Source of the DNA: an uncultured Rikenellaceae bacterium
GTDB taxonomy: Bacteria; Bacteroidota; Bacteroidia; Bacteroidales; VadinHA17
Assembly: GCA_964595725.1 (NCBI GenBank)
Contig: CAZQRQ010000001.1
Span: 10,221-74,220 of the forward strand
DNA length: 64,000 bases
Reading direction: 5' to 3'
Under the pieces are notes generated by a model. The model was given only the letters and a program-made list of their open reading frames with translations, did no database searches and was not told where the DNA came from. The translations under genes were made by a program, and so were the position numbers. This document shows positions 60,329-64,000 of the stretch, in pieces (positions within the stretch are counted from its first letter, which is position 1; each line of letters begins with the position of its first letter).

Positions 60329-60811
60329 ATGAAACTCATTAAGGCATATATGCGATACAGAAAGGCTGAAGAGGTCTTTACGGCGCTCAAAAGTGAAGGC
60401 TTCTGCTGTATGACCTTTGTGGAATGCGAGGGAACCGGTCAGTATTCTGACCAGGAAGAAGAGCACATCAGTGAAAAATACCCCTTTGCAAGTGCTTACA
60501 GGGTAATAAAACTTGAAATAATTGCACGAGATGAACACATATCAGAGCTTATAAGTATAATTAAAGCAGATGGGGGTACAGGTTACAGGGGTGATGGTCT
60601 GATTATCGTTTCTCCTGTTGATGAAATATACAAGGTAAGGTCAGATGAAAAGGGAGTTCTGGTACTGATAATCTGGTTAATTACCAGGTCACTAAATCAG
60701 AATGTCACCAATAACCAATACAAATCCGCCATTGATATTTTAAAAGAAAGATACGCCAGGGGAGAAATTGGCAAAGACGAATTTGAAGAGAAAAAGAGTC
60801 GTCTCCAATAA
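60329..60811 (+). CDS. PII-like (GlnB-fold) signal protein fused to a C-terminal SHOCT domain
   Basis: aa 1-108 align with the PII fold (MKLIKAYMRYRKAEEVFTALKSEGFCCMTFVECEGTG...KLEIIARDE...GDGLIIVSPVDEIYKVRSDEKG). aa 131-160, YKSAIDILKERYARGEIGKDEFEEKKSRLQ, is SHOCT-like. Confidence 0.65.
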   Translation: MKLIKAYMRYRKAEEVFTALKSEGFCCMTFVECEGTGQYSDQEEEHISEKYPFASAYRVIKLEIIARDEHISELISIIKADGGTGYRGDGLIIVSPVDEIYKVRSDEKGVLVLIIWLITRSLNQNVTNNQYKSAIDILKERYARGEIGKDEFEEKKSRLQ

Positions 60812-60829
60812 TGTTCATATTAACATATA

Positions 60830-63160
60830 ATGAAGAATATGAAAAACGATAAAAAGTACTTTTGCCCAATGAAATGTGAAGGGGAAAAGGTATATGACCA
60901 GCCCGGTGACTGTCCGGTCTGCAACATGCACCTGGTCTCCGCAGATCAGAAGAAGGACAGGCATCAGCATCGGGAAGAACATGCTGATCATGAATTTTCA
61001 GGACACAATCATGAACATATCCCGGCACCTGGTCCAAAGGGGAAAGGAACCTACTTTTGCCCAATGCGATGTGAGGGGGATAAGGTCTATGATAAGCCCG
61101 GTGATTGTCCGGTCTGCGGGATGCACCTGATCCCTGAAAAAGGAAATGAACCAGGGGAGGAAGAAAATGCATACCGGAATATGGCAAAGAAATTCTGGAT
61201 TGCCATGGCGCTGAGCATACCTGTATTTATTATTGCAATGTCGGATCTCTTCAGATTCCTCCACCTGGAAGATTTTGCTTCACAAAGAGTATGGGGATGG
61301 ATAGAATTTGCTTTGGCCTCGCCGGTAGTCTTCTATTCAGGCTGGAGCTTTTTTAAACGTGGGTGGAGTTCAATCCGTCGCTGGTCGCCCAATATGTGGA
61401 CATTAATCAGCATTGGCGTTGGGGCGGCCTATCTGTTCAGCATTTTTGCCCTGGTGGTCCCGGGATTATTTCCAGAACAGTTCAAAGACGATCATGGAAA
61501 TGTCCACCTGTATTTTGAAGCGGCGGCAATTATCCTTACCCTTGTCCTGCTGGGACAGATGCTTGAACTGAAAGCTCACAGCAAGACCAGCTCAGCTATA
61601 AAACAATTGATTGGTCTTGTACCGCCTGTTGCAAGGATAATCCGTAATTCACATGATTTTGAAATTCCCCTGGATGAAGTTAAGACCGGAGACATACTCA
61701 GGGTAAAACCCGGTGAAAAGATCCCTGTCGACGGTGTAATCACTGAGGGGACGGCTGTTATTGACGAAAGTATGATAACAGGAGAGCCAATACCTGCCGA
61801 AAAAACTCAGAATGAAAAAGTAACAGGCGGAACAATAAACGGAAGAACTTCATTTGAGATGAAAGCAGAGAAAGTCGGTTCAGATACACTGCTGTCGCAG
61901 ATAATTGAAATGGTGAATGAGGCCAGCCGGTCGCGTGCGCCCATTCAGAAGCTTGCCGATGTAGTTGCGAGGTACTTTGTGCAAATTGTTGTTGGAACAG
62001 CCTTGCTGACTTTTGCAATATGGGCAATATGGGGCCCTGAACCCGCTTATGTATATGCGTTCGTAAATGCGGTTTCTGTTCTTATTATTGCATGCCCATG
62101 TGCTCTGGGCCTGGCCACTCCTGTGTCAATCATGGTAGGTACAGGTCGCGGTGCTCAGTCGGGAGTTCTGGTTAAGGATGCAAGGGCTCTGGAAGAAATG
62201 GATAAGGTAAATTCGCTGATTATCGATAAGACAGGTACAATTACCGAAGGGAAACCTTCATTGAAATACTATAAATCTTTTGGTAGCCGGACCGATGAAG
62301 AAATCCTTCGTCTTGCTGCCTCGGCAGACGCATTAAGTGAACATCCTGTTGCTGAGGCCATTGTCAGGGGAGCGAAAGAGAAAGGTCTAGAACCTGAAAA
62401 AGTTGAGAATTTCGAAGCTGTTACGGGCAAAGGAGTGACGTGTAGTTACAATGGATGGAAAATAGGTCTGGGTAACAGGAAGCTATATGATGATTTTGAA
62501 GCAAAACTTGATGACATACGGGAAAAGGAAGTTATTAAATGGCAATCGACAGGACAGACGGTTATGTATCTGGTGGTGGATAACATAGTTGAAGGAATAG
62601 TGAGTGTTGCCGATAAGATTAAGGAATCATCACAAGAAGCAGTAAAAGAGCTTCAGGAAATGGGAATAAAGGTATATATGCTCACAGGTGATAACGAGCA
62701 AACGGCTTCAGCTGTTTCGAATTACCTGAAGCTGGATGGATACCAGGCTGATTGCCTTCCGCAAGACAAATTGAGAAAAGTGAAGGATTTACAGGAAAAG
62801 GGAAAAATTGTAGCTATGGCAGGAGACGGAATCAATGACGCCCCTGCGCTTGAGCAGGCTAACATAGGGATTGCTATGGGAACCGGTACTGATATTGCAA
62901 TGCAGAGCGCTGAAATCACAATTATTAAAGGAGACCTGACCGGCATAGTCCGTGCAAAGGATTTAAGCCATAAGGTAATGAGAAACATTAAGCAGAATTT
63001 ATTCTTTGCGTTTGTTTACAATTCTATCGGTGTGCCTGTAGCGGCCGGCGCTCTGTTCCCCTTTTTCGGGATACTCCTTAGCCCCATAATTGCTGCCACG
63101 GCTATGAGCTTCAGTTCTTTATCCGTTATCAGTAATGCTTTAAGACTCAAAAGACAATAA
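60830..63160 (+). CDS. copA: Cu(I)/Ag(I)-translocating P1B-type ATPase
   Basis: CPC (IIACPCALGLATP), DKTGT, SEHP, GDGINDAP, a TM7 YN motif (FVYNSIG) and a TM8 MxxSS motif (AMSFSSLS). The N-terminus has two HMBD modules and a His-rich linker instead of a classical MxCxxC HMA domain. Confidence 0.93.
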   Translation: MKNMKNDKKYFCPMKCEGEKVYDQPGDCPVCNMHLVSADQKKDRHQHREEHADHEFSGHNHEHIPAPGPKGKGTYFCPMRCEGDKVYDKPGDCPVCGMHLIPEKGNEPGEEENAYRNMAKKFWIAMALSIPVFIIAMSDLFRFLHLEDFASQRVWGWIEFALASPVVFYSGWSFFKRGWSSIRRWSPNMWTLISIGVGAAYLFSIFALVVPGLFPEQFKDDHGNVHLYFEAAAIILTLVLLGQMLELKAHSKTSSAIKQLIGLVPPVARIIRNSHDFEIPLDEVKTGDILRVKPGEKIPVDGVITEGTAVIDESMITGEPIPAEKTQNEKVTGGTINGRTSFEMKAEKVGSDTLLSQIIEMVNEASRSRAPIQKLADVVARYFVQIVVGTALLTFAIWAIWGPEPAYVYAFVNAVSVLIIACPCALGLATPVSIMVGTGRGAQSGVLVKDARALEEMDKVNSLIIDKTGTITEGKPSLKYYKSFGSRTDEEILRLAASADALSEHPVAEAIVRGAKEKGLEPEKVENFEAVTGKGVTCSYNGWKIGLGNRKLYDDFEAKLDDIREKEVIKWQSTGQTVMYLVVDNIVEGIVSVADKIKESSQEAVKELQEMGIKVYMLTGDNEQTASAVSNYLKLDGYQADCLPQDKLRKVKDLQEKGKIVAMAGDGINDAPALEQANIGIAMGTGTDIAMQSAEITIIKGDLTGIVRAKDLSHKVMRNIKQNLFFAFVYNSIGVPVAAGALFPFFGILLSPIIAATAMSFSSLSVISNALRLKRQ
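60857..61135 (+). repeat. Tandem duplication of an 84-nt HMBD-encoding module within copA (60857-60940 and 61052-61135)
   Basis: TACTTTTGCCCAATGAAATGTGAAGGGGAAAAGGTATATGACCAGCCCGGTGACTGTCCGGTCTGCAACATGCACCTGGTCTCC versus TACTTTTGCCCAATGCGATGTGAGGGGGATAAGGTCTATGATAAGCCCGGTGATTGTCCGGTCTGCGGGATGCACCTGATCCCT. The copies are 195 nt (65 codons) apart. Confidence 0.85.
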
Positions 63161-63197
63161 ATATTTCATTCTGAAATTAACAGATATATTCAGGCGT

Positions 63198-63647
63198 TTA
63201 TTTCGGATATCTCCCGAAAAGCTTTTTTAATGCCCTGTGGAACTTATGAAAGCTGTGAGGTTTATAGAACATTAAGATACACTCACCTTTTATAAAATTA
63301 ACATCGGAATCCTCAAGCTCAGCCAGAGCTTCCTTGCTGTCGGACATCTGCTGAAGCCAGATATTTCTGATCCCTTTTGTTTTAGCTTCACGTATCACTC
63401 CGGCACTCTGGTCTTTTGCAGTCATTACAATAACGGCTTTTACTTCATCTGGCAGCGATTTTACATCCGGGAAAACCTTTACTCCCATAATTTCTTCAGC
63501 CGAAGGATTAACAGGAATTACATTCATCCCCTTTTCTTTGAGCTCTTTAAAAGCCGCATAGCCAAATTTTTTGGGATTGCGTGAAACACCGACGAGCGCG
63601 ATTGGCTCTGATGAAAGGAATGTCTCGATCTGTTTTAGTGATGCCAT
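63198..63647 (-). CDS. CoA-binding domain protein
   Basis: 149 aa. IALVGVSRNPKKFGY...GMNVIPVNP... is typical of the CoA_binding_2 family. Confidence 0.75.
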   Translation of the reverse strand: MASLKQIETFLSSEPIALVGVSRNPKKFGYAAFKELKEKGMNVIPVNPSAEEIMGVKVFPDVKSLPDEVKAVIVMTAKDQSAGVIREAKTKGIRNIWLQQMSDSKEALAELEDSDVNFIKGECILMFYKPHSFHKFHRALKKLFGRYPK

Positions 63648-63785
63648 ATTTTTCCGGTTATGAATTTATAAATTTTACTGGAAATAAGTATAAAGACGTA
63701 AAAATACTATAAAAACCCATTCCTAGAATAATTTTTGTTTATTTGGTATCCAGGTATATTTTATCCTGAACCAACATCACCCTCA

Positions 63786-64000
63786 TGAAGAAACCGCAGA
63801 ATAATCAGGAATATCTCTTTTCGAAGAGTTATTCCAACTACGTATTTGTTCTTCTTTTCCTGTTGTATATGTTCGATTATATCGACAGGATGGTTGTTAC
63901 CTCAATGTTTTCATCTATCGAAAGCGACTGGGGTATCTCCCACACCCAGAGCGGAATGCTTGTATCAGCAGTTTACTGGGCTATCGTGCTTCTGACATTT
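63786..64000 (+). CDS. MFS transporter (partial, N-terminal 71 codons)
   Basis: An ATG at 63786 opens a frame that runs off the window. FVLLFLLYMFDYIDRMVVTSMF...SGMLVSAVYW is a typical MFS TM1/TM2 with a D-R motif. Confidence 0.6.

Noticed and set aside
51875-63197. The metal-resistance locus considered as a mobile genomic island.
   Set aside because: No integrase, transposase, conjugation gene, flanking tRNA or direct repeats could be found at either boundary within the window. Horizontal origin cannot be claimed from this sequence alone.
1-64000. Search for CRISPR arrays, rRNA/tRNA genes, retron/DGR reverse transcriptases and toxin-antitoxin or known defence-system genes.
   Set aside because: I saw no regularly spaced direct repeats, no tRNA cloverleaf hallmarks (for example GGTTCGAATCC-type T-arms) in the intergenic gaps, and no RT, nuclease or ATPase defence signatures among the ORFs. 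The MORN/YwqK-like protein is a secreted repeat protein and does not look like a credible antitoxin here.

Overview
The window reads as a chromosomal segment from a low-GC Bacteroidota-type genome. This is inferred from gene content: a flippase/TPR/DUF4292/M23 cluster, GH20/GH95/BNR glycan hydrolases, Bacteroidota-style metal-efflux accessories and many lipoprotein signals. I found no rRNA, tRNA, CRISPR array, integrase or transposase. About 60 CDS are supportable. Most are housekeeping genes (pdxH, hemW, rpiB, nadA, ruvB, pheS, ybeY, mnmG, ade, uvrC, pfk, mgtE). There is also a glycan and peptide hydrolase block (34-42 kb) and an ECF sigma operon (42.4-45.7 kb). The most interesting region is a tightly packed Cu/Ag-type resistance operon at 52.0-63.2 kb. 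It encodes an HMA-like/AraC regulator, a Cys/His-rich HYC_CC_PP-like protein, an oversized CusA-like pump, an OMF, an HMBD-MFP-DUF3347 fusion, a Cys-rich micro membrane protein, a PII-like/SHOCT fusion and a CopA with a duplicated metal-binding module. The PII-like/SHOCT gene and the Cys-rich micro-protein are my best candidate for an undescribed regulatory module. Two canonical parS sites sit next to mnmG, at 28.3 and 32.1 kb, which suggests an origin-proximal location. Other items are a PurF paralog lacking the Cys1 nucleophile and an AT-rich 535-bp intergenic region with an 18-bp perfect palindrome upstream of nadA. All functional calls come from reading motifs in the translations; no database search was run.
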